This document shows positions 13,901-26,487 of a stretch of 64,000 bases of DNA, in pieces (position 1 is the stretch's first letter; each line of letters opens with the position of its first letter). The notes under the pieces are model-generated. The model made no database searches. It saw only the letters and a program-made list of their open reading frames with translations, and was not told where the DNA came from. A program made the position numbers and the translations under genes. This DNA is from Ruditapes philippinarum (Eukaryota), in the NCBI RefSeq assembly GCF_026571515.1, contig NW_026854958.1, positions 62,001-126,000 of the forward strand. Reading direction: 5' to 3'.

Positions 13901-14127
13901 TTTGTGTCTCACGTGATAAATTTATTTTATTTTTTGCTTATATATAAACTTATACAAAACTCACCCAGTCTGTTCAAGCCGTGACTGTAGTGGCCCCTGT
14001 AATCTGCAGATACCAGAAGATCAGCCAGGGATGATCCATGTTCTTCTGAGATCCTAACTGCTTTCATACACCTGACGACAAACGCGTGAAACTCATGCAG
14101 GGGTACAATTGAGCCTTGTGATGCCAT
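4974..14127 (-). CDS. Ldh_2/YjmC-like (malate/L-lactate dehydrogenase type 2 family) oxidoreductase, unit B; 10 coding exons, ~355 aa; best candidate functional copy
   Basis: Exons 14127-13965, 10266-10159, 9849-9769, 9270-9209, ~8817-8650 and ~8149-8000 (both garbled), 7258-7140, 6652-6557, 6126-6016, 5021-4974. The 8 readable exons have GT-AG sites, consistent phases and no stops. Motifs DYRGHYSHG, SNHFGIAG, GYKGYGL, VAGDPE are read here; TNTSP and GTNP are read in paralog exons. Confidence 0.8.
5288..5636. mobile_element. TTAA-flanked MITE (non-autonomous DNA transposon)
   Basis: TTAAAGCTGCACGCC... and ...TCTGGAGGCATGCTGCTTTAA are inverted repeats; second copy at 32072-32410. Confidence 0.65.
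10270..10352. repeat. (TGAA/TGAG)n microsatellite next to the host exon-2 acceptor
   Basis: Read directly; present at the same position in units C, D and E. Confidence 0.9.
10855..11458 (-). mobile_element. Truncated Tc1/mariner element (5' TIR plus degenerate N-terminal transposase)
   Basis: IAREVGISFGSVQAILTDVYGMSKVYARRVPRQLS resembles the mariner HTH/WVPR-L region; end TA-CGAGGTATGATCAAAAAGTTC on the minus strand at 11458; absent at the homologous site in unit E (~50110-50130). Confidence 0.85.
12000..13922 (+). pseudogene. TRIM-like copy 2 (unit B), pseudogene
   Basis: ATG at 12000, TAA at codon 21 (12060-12062), frameshifts, TAG at 13109-13111, insertion with AATAAA/(ACTT)n tail at ~13459-13708 (partly N), 3' end deleted at ~13922. 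Confidence 0.92.
13565..13708. other. Assembly gap (N run)
   Basis: N bases. Confidence 1.
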
Positions 14128-15600
14128 TGTGAAATAAACTATGGAATAAAAAAGAAGTTAAATTTGAATAGAAATTAAGCACATACACTGTCGGCTATCT
14201 GTTTTATTTGTCCATTTTATATTATTATAGATCTTCTATCTGTTTTGACGTAAATTATTAACAAAATCTTGTTTCCAAGTTACGTCACGAAAATGCAATA
14301 TAAGGAAACATGTGCATACACTATAACACATGCAAAAATCGACATATTTCATGTCAGAAATATCGAAATAAGCGTGAAAAAGCTGATTTCATTGGATTAT
14401 TTCGATCTTAATAAGGAAATAGTTTTAATTCTTCAGTGCTCCATATGCACAGTAATTGCCCGATTAAGTATTAAAAGATATTATAAAATGAAGAAAAATA
14501 AGGAAATAGATAATATATGAATTAACTATAGTCGAAACAAATTTGAAACTATCGATACATAAAACAAATGCAACAACATAAGTGACATTGTTTTATAATC
14601 ATAAAGGTTTTACTCAGTTATCCGCGTGACCAAAATATTCAGAAATATTCACGTGTCAATAAGGTGACATATATGTAGTGTCACATCTTTATTAATGAAA
14701 GTGCGTATCGCATTTTGTAGCGTAAAATTACTACATTAGCTTATTGTTGAAATGCACAAGAATACATTAAGTATATGGCCAATACTTTCATTTCACACCT
14801 TATAAAATGTAATCAAATCTCCCAATACAAATGATTATTAGATCAAATCTTCTCAAATTAGCAGCATTTTCGTTTTGCCAGTCCAAAAAAAAAAACCCAT
14901 ATCAAATCGATATTGCACTCTATCAAATATGAAAAACAAGATCAACAAGGAAAGGCGGCGTTCAATGAACGCAACCCCCATATGAACCAGCAACAAGAAC
15001 CAATGGCATGGAGCCCAGGCGGACCCCAAACATAAAAAGGACAGGGCAACGACACGTTAATCATTAAATGATAAATAATTTGTAACTGATAAGGAATTCA
15101 AAGAAAATAATAATAGGCCCACAAAGGGGAAGGAGACCGGGGGAAGGGGGGGGGTAATCAAAGAAATAAAAACTAGAGGCAATGGGGAAGATACTTACCG
15201 TAGACGAGAAAACAACAAGGGACACAAGCAAAAGTGTCACCAAAACAGTATGAAACAACATAGACATACATCTGAGGAACACAGTGGGGCGCCGCCTTGG
15301 AACGGTCAGCAGCATAATAATGACTGCTGGGGAGTTTAAACCGGTTAATGGTGCACCAAACCTCGCTCTTAGCCCCACCATGTTCCTATAAACGAGACAG
15401 TGTAAATAAAATGAATCCCCGCCAAGTGAAATTCTAACAGTTGTCATGGTTACAAAAGGTTAAAGAAGTAAAACACTAAAATGATCATGTAGAAACATAT
15501 AAAAGTAAACCCAATGACCATAACAAAAGTACTCAATGTCCTAAAGGAAGACAGAGCAACAAGAAAATCACCTACAAGGGCCCGACGAAGCAAGGCAGAA

Positions 15601-15675
15601 GACGAACATTAAGACAATTCAGTCCCAAAGGGCTTTACGAACTATCCATCATAGAGTCTCCCACTTGGTCCGTCA
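15601..15675 (-). promoter_or_regulatory. SECIS-like hairpin (type II-like) with one mismatch in the core
   Basis: AUGAU-GGAUAGUUCG-UAAA-GCCCUUUGGGAC-UGAAUUGUCU-UAAU: 10-bp helix including G-U pairs, unpaired AAA, apical mini-stem; the 3' core reads UAAU instead of UGAU. Confidence 0.6.
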
Positions 15676-17617
15676 GATGCAATCAAAAGAGGAAAGCGTA
15701 GTGTCCAACTGTAAAAGGGTTGAACACTAAACATGCAGTATGTCTTAAAATAGTAGGGTCATAACCTCTTTTAATAAAACGTTTAATAATTTTAGTAAAA
15801 ACAGCAGAAAAATTACCATGACCCAAAATCTTACGAAGTTTGTAAACCACATCGCCATAAAAACCAGGCTGGCTAATCCCTTGTCGCAGAAGAGTTTTTA
15901 AATCACTATTAAATTTAGAAATTAAATCAAAGTTACGATTGTAAAATTTAGTAAAATATTTCCGTAATTTATGATAGCGGTAGCCCTGTTTTAGAAGCTT
16001 GCTGGTAATAAAAATATTCCGCTCGTTGAAATCCTTTACGTTGTTACAAGCTCTAGCGAATCTAATTAACTGAGAAACATAAACCCCGTAAGATGTTGCA
16101 TGGGGTACGTCTCCATCCAAATGTGGATAATTAACTATACAAAAGTCAAAGTCATCTCTTTTATCATAAATTTTCGTGTGAATAGAATTGTTGTTGATAG
16201 TAATATGAAGATCCAAAAATGATGTACTAAAATTTCAAGAGTTCGTTTTATTAAGTTGTAGTTCATGCGGATAAATGTCAGACACCATTTGATCAAAATA
16301 AGGATTATCTAAATTAAAAATATCATCAAGGTATCTGGAAGTATTATTAAATGCGACTATAACATCTTGTTGTTTCTCTTCAGAGAGACTCAACATAAAG
16401 TCTCTTTCATAGCAGTACAAAAACAAATCGGCGACCAGGGGTGCACAATTAGTACCCATAGGAATTCCTATGATCTGTTTAAATAGGGTATTACCAAACC
16501 TGACATAAATGTTGTCTAAAAGAAAAGAGAGTGCTCTACAAACTTCGTCACAGGTCCACATAGTATAATGTTTAACAATACCGTTAGTAAAAAAAGCTTT
16601 GTTCGAATTACATGCTAGAAAGGTAACTTTTTCCCGTGCAAAAGTTTTCTGAATTAGGGAAATTAGTTTATCATTGATTAATTTATGTGGCAAAGTTGTA
16701 TAAAGTGTAGAAAAATCGTATGTACTGACAGTTGAAGCTTGAAAGTTATTAATTTTGAATTTATCCAAGATTTCACCAGAATTTTTAATTGACCAAAAGA
16801 GATGTTTGCCTGTGTTTTCATAGACTTTATCACAATATCTAATTACATGTGTTTTAATGGCAGTCAAACAAGACGTCAATAAAATAGAAAGTTTACTTGT
16901 AGTGCAAGATGTAGAATTAGCAATAAATCTGGCTTTGTAAGGTTTTTTATGTAATTTAGGAATCCAATACATAATAGGAAGTTTGAGTTCTTTTTCATTA
17001 ATTTGGACTGTAAGATTAGAAATATTAGTAATATGATTGTTTACAATGTCTTTTTCGGAGGCAGAGGTTTTAGAATACGCATTAGTGCTATTTAGTTCCT
17101 TATGCAAAACGTTAATGTAATGGATTCGTCAAACAATTATAATATTATTAGCCGCCTTGTCCGCTGGCACCAAAACAAATTTTGAATGAAAAGCTAGAAT
17201 ATCTTTTTTCAGATGTCTTAAAGTAAGTCTTGGTTTAGGTGGCAAAAGATGTTCATTTCCACGATAAAAATTAATACGTGAATCAATAATTTTAAAGATG
17301 TTACGTTTCCATGTAACTAGAGCATTACTATCCGCATTTTCACGGCGACACCATTTGACCGAAAAATCCTCTATAGATTCAGCAATCTGACCACGACAAG
17401 CATTAAAATCAATCTCAGAAGGAATTCTGTATTTAGGTCCTTTCAAGAATAAGTTACGAATTCTTTTGTCTGCAATTATATCAAAATTACCAGTGATTAT
17501 ATGGCCAAAATCTGAATTACAGAATTTAGAAGTATTGCAGTCTCAAGTTGTTGGAGTATTAGACTGAATATCTAAGTCAGAAACCACTTTGTTGTAATTA
17601 AATATGATATTTCTAAC
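15635..17617 (-). CDS. PLE reverse transcriptase frame of 661 codons with four in-frame TGA codons (candidate selenocysteines)
   Basis: ORF pieces 17129-17446, 16235-17107 and 15683-16216 are in the same frame; interruptions are TGA at 17543-5, 17129-31, 16235-7 and 15683-5; first TAA at 15635-7. Confidence 0.75.
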
Positions 17618-20600
17618 AATCCATTTCAAATTGCTATTGTACTCCATTTAGCCTCCTCGTTTTCATTTTCAGAGTCCACAAAAATCATATCGATTCCTTA
17701 TTGTACTCAAATTATCAAAGTTCTGCAAAAATATTAAAAATTTGATGGTTGATGGTACGTCATTATGTGATACATGGTTAAGTAAAATGCTGAATCTGTA
17801 GTACTTTTACACAGCTGCAAAACCTATTATAGACTCGGCTCATCCAATATAGGATTGACAGGTGTGTAGTTGTTCCAACAGAATTCTGTATTTTACTCAA
17901 CAATGAATAATAACCTCATAATATCAACAGACAAATCTGCGCTTAAAGATCATCTTAAATTAAAGACCGATTGGACTATTGGTCGACACCGTACATAAAA
18001 CCGTTCACTTTAAAAGTTTCATATACTTTTTCGTATGCGATACAAAAATGACATTTTGATAGACCACCTGCTAACAAATGCCGTAATGTAAATTCATTAA
18101 AATCACGTTTGACTGCACTGCATAATGAAATAAGACAACTGTATCAAATATCTTTGAGATAAAACAAAGAAAAAGAACACACAAATATTTGTTTGAACCG
18201 ACAAACGGTAATCTTCAGAGCGGCCCTCTGTATAGCATTTACCTCTACAACAACCATATCATTTCTTCACAAAGTAAAGGTAACCATTATATTTTACCTC
18301 TGAAACGTAGAGTGTTGCTTTGTAGAGGATATACTGCATAGCACGAGTTTAACAACATAATCAAGTTAACGCAACATACATGTATACTTTATGAAACATA
18401 TTTACCTAACAATTCTTAATCTATAAAACACTGCTGTTAGTTAAGGAATCTGTAAGCTTAGCATAAATATAAACTTTAAACTATTTCACATATTTCATAA
18501 TAGAAAATAATTATAACATACTCACCAGTTTATATGGCACCTGTATTCACATGAACCGTGTAAATATAACTTTAAACTTCTAAAGTGACCCTCTTATCAG
18601 TATATCTATGTGAAAATTATATTGTTAGACACGTTTTCACTCTGAACACTGGCAGTATTTCATCTGCATCGCTTCATATCATGTATAGTATGATTGTGTA
18701 GAATTAAAATGCGTACAACTTTGTAGATAAAAATATTCAACTCTAAGAGGGCGTGTGGCATATTCCGCCACATTGTTAAATTATATACAGTAAACAAGTA
18801 TAAAATAACCTAAACAATTTCTTGCAAAACAACGACAACACCAACAGCAACAAAGACGAACAAAAAAAACACAAGAAAACAAACAAAATAAAAACGGAAA
18901 ATCCAGATTAAAAAAAAATAAACTGCCAAGATAACATTGAAAGCAGGGGCATTCAACTTGATAACGAAAGAAATGAGCATTATGTCACTTTAAAGCTGCG
19001 TTCCCGCTTGAATTCACTCTGTATATTGAAAGGCGCAAGAATATTAAAGAAACACCTACCTTGCTTCCATCGCATGTTCACACCATCGTACCATCTTATA
19101 TCGCGGGTACGGACGAAATAAAACAATCACGATTGTCCAAACGGAACACCGTACAAAATACTTTCGTTATTTTTACAAAATATTCATTAATGTACAAATC
19201 GCACAATAATTAAATGTAAAAAAGTATCTACTGATCAGGGGAAGTAACTGCTTCGGGGAGTTTGCACTAGCACGATTCACTTCCCCTAATCAGTTTAGAT
19301 GTTATGATTTTCTAAATATCACGTGAGTTTTTTTTAAATGGAACATGCGCATCATTTTATTTGCTCGCATCCTTTTATTTGCTTGCTTTGACGAGATGAA
19401 ACACAGTGTTTTATCGCAAATAAGTGTACAAGCTATCCATGGTATATCAGAAAGGTTTTTTATCAGAACATTTGAGTATGTAGTATTTTTGTTATAACCC
19501 GTGACACACTCATTCATCAAAACAAGCGATTTCTGCAAATCTTCTGTTCCCTTTCTATTGTTGTTTAGCAATACCGTGGTTTTTATGGTTAAAATATTAT
19601 AGATTTACATTTTTTATCCACTAATGCATTTCTGTTTTGAATTACAATTATATAGTTTGGGCGAAATGGATACGGTACACTCTTTTTTCAAATGTGTTAA
19701 AGTTATATGAAATATTTTGTTTCAAAGTGTATCTAATAATTTCTCTCTCGTTATTTTCTTTTCTCACTTTTTCGCGGAAATTACCTTTATATAAGACTAT
19801 TTTTTATTTCGTATATTGTTGTTTCTGATATTGTAATGTATGTATGACTAGATGAAAGAAACCTTTTATATTTTGGTCCATTATTATGAATGAATCAGAA
19901 TTTGATTTTAATGTTCAAGGTAATAATTTGAAATTTGAATCAACTAGCATTTCCGGAAAGTGTTGGGTCGAGAAATACATGGAGTTTAATGTTGTCGACT
20001 TTCAAATTTTGTAGTTTTGTACAACGGACAACAAATAAGAAGTTAAAGGTAGGTTTAATTTGACCACAATGATATAAAGGGATAGGAGAAAAACACTTAT
20101 ACTTAATAACAAAAACATTGTGCGTAAGAAAGCTGCAATTAATTCGATAGGCGTGTGTGAATTATCAGAATTATCTGCCTTTTACGACTTCCAGAATGAG
20201 TGTCAATCGCATCTTTTCGGCTATATCCGCAAGTCTTCGGATAATTATTGACAATAGCCGAGATGCTCCGATTGCATAAATGTACTCAATCCCAACTTCT
20301 CGGCTATTATTCTTATACGAAAATTGACGGAAAGAGCCGAGAAGTTGCGAAAATTTACTTTGTTCTACTTGTTGGCGTTTGATTCTTCCTTTATTATGAA
20401 GAAGTTATTTTTAAAGTACAACACATGTATATCATCTGTAATTGAAATAATACAGCAATAGCACATTGTAAAATTGTTTTGACAGTGTGCCCATTTTTCA
20501 AACTTATTTTATTTAAATTATTATTTGTACAGCCATTATTCTGTAGTATTGTTTTAATTACAGAAGCTTCTAGATATCAGTGTAGGTAACTGTGTTCCAA

Positions 20601-21001
20601 GTTAAAGGGACTCCGCAAGAGTCGTCACTCAAATTGGGGTAAGAATAGCATTGGAACCCGATTCTTCAATTTATTTCTGTTTATATTTCAAAATTTTCTT
20701 TTGCATTTCTTTCTGTTTAAGTGTTCCAGCTGCTCTATAAGACAAATTCAAATTTGATGTTTCAATGCTTTTTGACCCCAGTCGAGTTCCTTTAAGTAAT
20801 ATGGTTACTGCCATCTTTTAAAAGAAGTAAAATGTACAGGTCAAGTGCAAAAGAGTCCGGAAAAATAAAAGCTTATAATGTTTGTGACAGCTAATAACGG
20901 CAGGCTTATGCCTGTAAACCATTCTCGGTAGAATAACCCAGATTGTTCTTGTACGTACAACCCTCAATTCGGGAACAAAGTGGAAAAAAACACAAACTTA
21001 C

Positions 21002-24000
21002 GACATTTTTAATTTGGTTTGGATGGTACCAGATTCCACCTTGATTGTCACATTTTTCCATGTGTATTTTCTCTGAATCACCGGCTACCAACACCTCTGA
21101 TTGACCATCTGCCTAGATTAAAATATTTTTTATTGATTCATATCCGACCAGCATTTATCTATTTGACAAATTATCTATGTTTGTTTGCAAAGATTCTCGC
21201 TAACTGTATGGAACAATGCTTGATGAACAAGCATTCCCTCTTTCAACCATTCAGCAACTTAAACATTTTAGTCTTTTCTCTGTTAAACAAACCACTCAGT
21301 ATGTAACTACAATTGTTCTGCAAAACAGTGGGATGAGATATTTATTTTATTTTACCCAAAAAGGTCAATATTCAAGAACATTTTTTTTAAAGCTGAAACC
21401 AGACATTTGGAGTGAGGGCCATTCGGTTGTCAGCGGTTCGAAAATTGTTACACTCTGATGTGACATACAGCTATATAAAAAATGAATCGCGTAAGGTAAA
21501 ATAAATGTTTGTGGCATTCAATGCATAGACTTACTGGTTCAAGATTCCTACAATGTAGCATGAGATCACTTAGTCTGTCTCCAAACCCAGGTGCAAACGC
21601 TTCCGGATCTACTGCAACCAAGCATTGGCCCTGAAATGAGAGTTTGGTCTCAGTATTAGCACGGCTATGACAGACAGCGTGTGGTGTGACATGTCGAAGC
21701 CAAAATAACGATGGATGATTTCGTTGGAAGGCTTGTAAATGATGGTTGAAATTTGAAGTATCTGTTTCAATATTGAATGTATCTTTAAAATAAAATATCG
21801 GTATAACAAAAAAGTAAAAGTTAATGAATACTAGTATTTTAACTTGATTCGAGAGATGTTTGCTGTTGTTTTAGAATAATCAGACATTAAGTGCATGTTT
21901 TGGCTCATTTAAATTTTAAGTTTTTTTTAGATCTAATAACCCAAAGACCGGATAAGGTTTGTGTACCAAGTTTGCTTGTCTATGAGATTTTTTTCCATTT
22001 CCGGACATTGTGAGCGTAATTGGCACCACTGAGTATTCCACAGAAAATCTCTACCATCATTGACAACCCATAGCCCTTGTACCCAGCTGAAAACAAATAA
22101 AACACACTTTATTTTTCGTAAATAAATAGATAATAGTTAATATAATTTGTTTCGGCAAAAGCATACTTTGACCTATTATTCATGTTACAAGCTCCATCAT
22201 GGTGAAACATAACAGGAACTCAAGCTTTGACACAACGGAATTCCCATCGTTGGTGACACACGGTATATATTCCGTACATACTACAATACTTACATAATCC
22301 TTCGGTTAGCTCAATCGGTAGACTGTGAATCGGCCGACCCAGATTCGATTTCTGATTGATCAATCATGAAATCCCTTCTAATGTCATTCACGCAGTACGT
22401 ATGCTCTGGCATGTAGAGAAGTAATCAGTTCCTTGCGAAAGTGAAAATAGTGAAACTGCTTGACAGTTTACCCAGGAACGATGCGGTGGCTGAACCGTGG
22501 TCTGGTAAATTCAATATGGCTCCTTCTCGTGATAGGGAGGGTAAACTGCCAACACAACCGCCACATTACCTATATTTACTTTAATTTAATTAGTATGTAC
22601 AGAATATATATCAAGGGAAACCGAGGATGCGGGATTCCTTAAACTTTAATTGCTTCAGGAAGAAGTTTAGAACAAACAAAAGCATTGTGAACGAACAGTA
22701 GTGAAATCATGATTCATCAAATAAAAATAAGGACAATAATGGCTTTTGAAGGTAAAAAAAAGTTGAAGTGATAAGACTTATTTAAATATACACATACATG
22801 TATTCTCTGCTCCACTCAGAGGACTTAAACCTGTTGCTTGTTTAGGGTCTGTTGTTGATTTCCCATCTTTATCCACTGCCCAGCCAACAGGTATAGGTTG
22901 ATCCTTGCGGTCCGCTGATTCTATCTAAAATTATTGGCAGAATTACAGTATTGTACTTTACAATGTTTGATAATCTCATAATACGCCTGACATTGCTATA
23001 TACTTAGTAAAGAGGATTCATATCTACATTATAAATGAATATGTGTATATTCGTAGATTGCTCCTAATATAAAAGATAGAAAGGTAAAATAATTGTTCAA
23101 ATATATATTGTGCCGTAAAAATAATGTCATCAATGAAAAGATCTTGTAACATTTTAAGACGGCACCAGTCATAGACAACGTGAACATAAGTATTTATGTA
23201 AACTCTTTTTGTGATATGTTGTTCCTATTACTTTCAAGTCCTGTTACCTTAAAGTTTAGTAAAGAACTTAACCGGCCACCTCAAACGAATTTGCCGTTAA
23301 TCTATAACGAGATGGCGCACATTGTTCACTTTACTTTCAAGCAATGTCCGAAACAATGGAACCAAAATGAAAACTTAAGTTAAACATTTCCTAACTCCAC
23401 GGCAGTGGTAGCCATATCTAATACGAAACAAGTGCCATCTTTGGCTGGTGCAACAACACATATCGGATTGGTACCCAGCACTTCCTGTTAGTCTCTCTTG
23501 GGAACCAGCAAAGGTGATGTATTTGTAAATACCAAAGCCTATATAAAAGAAAAATATCCTTAAAGAAGTTTTTTTAGATTAACAGTGATAAGCAATGCTA
23601 ATATGTGGTGATCTATTTAGTAGGAAAAAAGTTATGAAACTAATAGAGCAAGAGTATGATCTACTTTTGAAGAGTAGTTAAAATAACTTAAGTAATACCT
23701 AGAGAATAACTTACATAACCAAATATACATTGAGTGGTATATAACATTTATTTATTTGAATATATCAGTATAAAAGTTGGAATATACTGGAAGCCAAGAA
23801 ACAAACGATTTAATAGTTTGACTTTTTTTGTTTCATTCTGAAACAAATAAAGTTTAATGTGATGTTATACCTATTCAAGGGTATAAGTGAGTGAACAGGT
23901 GAAAGACAAAAGAAGTTCACTTTGCCATACTTCCTTTCAATTTTATAATTTACTTTGCATAAACAATAAATAACTCATATGGCCCATGAAATTTTCGGTA

Positions 24001-25382
24001 AATATACGTCAGAGTTTATCTGTAACATTCAATTTATAAAAAGAGTGGGACAGTCCTTTAACATTATAGGCAGATTTATAATTTATCCTAAATATTTTCC
24101 AATATTATCTGTTGATCAACCACTATAACGACTATCAATATTTTAAAATATATTTAATAAATTCTGCTCTACTCTACAATGAAAAAATGAGCATAATGTC
24201 ACTTTAAGGATTCCTCATTCAGGATATATGCATTTTATGGCACCAATGCTCTTCCGTAATTTATTTTGTTCAACTTACAATCATTCCGTGTTTTAAAGCA
24301 TGCAGACCATACCAGTCGGCGATTCCAAAATGATTTGAACCTATTCAAAATAAGTTAAATATAATTTACCTTTTTCATTTTGTACAGTATTAGCTTATAA
24401 GTATCGTTTCTTTTATTATTTCATTTAAAAAGGCACCAAATAAATGGAAAAGTACAGGTTAATAATTATTTGTATATCTGTGATAATATATATACTATGG
24501 TATGCACGGATAAATGGAAAGCAGCATTGTCATGACAATGGCTACATAAAATATTGAAACATGATTAAAAATTGATCTAATAATTAAAGGGGACATAACA
24601 AGTAAAGAAACTGCTGCAAAAATTTGTGCAAGCCTTGTCACTTCATATCCAATATGAACTAACAACGTGTGATCCATTGTATTCAAACATTTGAATTTTT
24701 TATCATTTCAATAAACTCTTAGGTTTTACAATACGTACAATGCTAAATGAAAATTACAAGGAAATTTTTAAAAAGAATATATTTATTCTTAATAATTTAT
24801 ACATATAAATCCTTTCAATTTTATTGATTTTAAGTCACTTGCGTAAGGATATACCTCGTGCCGACACCCAGCCATTTCCAGCGTCTTTTTCTTTCTTAAT
24901 GGCAAGGTCCATGCAAAACCGACCAATCACAGGTCCCATAACAAATATGAAAAATATGAAAATCTCGAAAAGTTGCAGTATCTATATTTTCATATTCGAG
25001 TTGCCTTTTACTCTCCATAAATTAAGATTATAATGTACGGCAAGGCTGTATGAGATATGTAATGAACATTTTGAGTACATATTTATTCCTTCGTATATGT
25101 TCGCTTTAAACAGTCTGCGTCTCCAGAACTATGTGTAATAGTGTATTTCAAAACTCAATTTTGTACAAAAAGCTGACACATATACATATGAAAATAGCAT
25201 ACATGTACATACATGTAATTCATATGATACATATCAAAAACGTACGATGTACGATAAAATCATTTGATATTTACCTAGGATATTATTGCCTTCTACCAAC
25301 GCTGTTGCTATGGTTTCCTTGACAATTTCTGGATTTCCAATTGCCACGGTTGTCTTCGTTTTCACGTCAGTTATATACATGT
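21002..25382 (-). pseudogene. Ldh_2-family oxidoreductase, unit C, pseudogene (exons 2-9 only)
   Basis: Exons 25382-25275, ~24935-24855 (acceptor AG lost), ~24340-24279, ~23538-23386 (TAA at 23488-90), ~22923-22797, 22086-21967 (+1 frameshift), 21630-21535, 21112-21002; exons 1 and 10 not found at the expected positions. Confidence 0.9.
22300..22570 (+). mobile_element. tRNA-derived SINE (internally deleted relative to the 34448 copy)
   Basis: TAGCTCAATCGG A-box-like and GATTCGATT B-box-like motifs; homologous to 34448-34745. Confidence 0.6.
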
Positions 25383-25387
25383 CTAAA

Positions 25388-25610
25388 ATGAATTAATAAA
25401 TGAATGAGTGAGTGAGTGAGTGAGTGAGTGAGTGAGTGAAGGAATGAGTGAGTGTGTCAATGAGTAAATGTGAACCAGTGAATGCGTGAGTGAGTGAGTG
25501 AATGATTTAATGAATGAATGAGTGAGTGAATGAATGAATGAGTGAGTGAGATAGTGAATGAGTGAGTGAGTGAGTGAGTGAATGAGTGAATTAATAAAAT
25601 AATGAATTAA
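25388..25610. repeat. (TGAG/TGAA)n microsatellite
   Basis: Read directly. Confidence 0.95.
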
Positions 25611-26487
25611 TCAGACGGGCTTTATGAGTAAGAAACTAATAACAAATTCAAGACAAACATTGTATGCCAAAAAACAAGTTTCTACATCTGTGAATTAATT
25701 ATCATTGTTAATCGATATAATATTAATTATGTCCAAGGTTTTCATGATAAGAGGAGTCTTACATTCAGCACAGCCTTGAATGTTATAACTGTAATTAAAC
25801 TCGATAACAAATTCAACATGTAAGATCCTCTTCTATATATCTTAACATAAATAATGACTTCTGACCTTGTTTGTCATGATAACCAATAATCTAGTATTCA
25901 CGATTTAAAACGAAGATGTTCTACATGTGAATCTATGTTGTGCTTTCTTCTTCATTGATCTGTGTTATCTCGTAATTCGCACTATACATGTATTAAATAT
26001 CTTTAATAGCAGACGACTATATCGCCCTGCTTTTTATAATTTTCATACATAAATTCTACCCATTATTATTGTTGTACACTCAATTTTTATCTGATTGATC
26101 GAAAAAGACATTAAACCTATACATAGCGTAGAATGAGTATAAAATGCAGACAATAATGAGCAGATGAATCAACTAATAAGTTAAAAACCCATTTGTTATA
26201 CACCAATTTAATAAAGAAAAAAACATCAATCGGATCGTCCCCGGCTGTCAGTTATAATGTCCTTATCCGTAAATTGACGGAAAGGGCCGAAAAGTAGCGA
26301 TTGAAAAAAAACCCATTCGTTAGCTACCGATTAAAAAGCATAAATGCAAAGGGGATCCGTATGAATTAAATTGTTTTATTTACTTCCGCATTCCGACTAC
26401 ATGTAGCGACAGTAACCGGGTACAAAGTACAAATATAACACACAGGTATATAGACATTGCATTTGATAGGATTAACGTTATTTCAAA

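Larger units (their letters stand above)
14927..17617 (-). mobile_element. Penelope-like retroelement (Naiad-type), 5'-truncated, upstream of the first coding exon of host unit B
   Basis: RT motifs PADKAANN, YWIPKLHK, YDFSTLYT, GIPMGTNCAP, RYLDD, FLDL, YDKRDDF; no GIY-YIG after the RT; boundaries defined by the empty site in unit E (~55650-55685). Confidence 0.88.

Noticed and set aside
4974-14127. Ldh_2 gene as recent bacterial horizontal transfer or contamination
   Set aside because: It has nine spliceosomal introns in the CDS, and the family is known in invertebrates.
15064-15447. 127-aa hydrophobic ORF
   Set aside because: It lies in the pyrimidine-rich 3' region of the retroelement and has no recognisable motif.
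14927-15600. Hammerhead ribozyme expected in some Penelope-like elements
   Set aside because: No CTGANGA...GAAA core found by eye; an Infernal search would be needed to exclude it.
14927-17617. RT as a diversity-generating retroelement acting on the TRIM genes
   Set aside because: The RT is Penelope-type, truncated and present in one unit only; there is no template/variable repeat pair and no adenine-specific variation.
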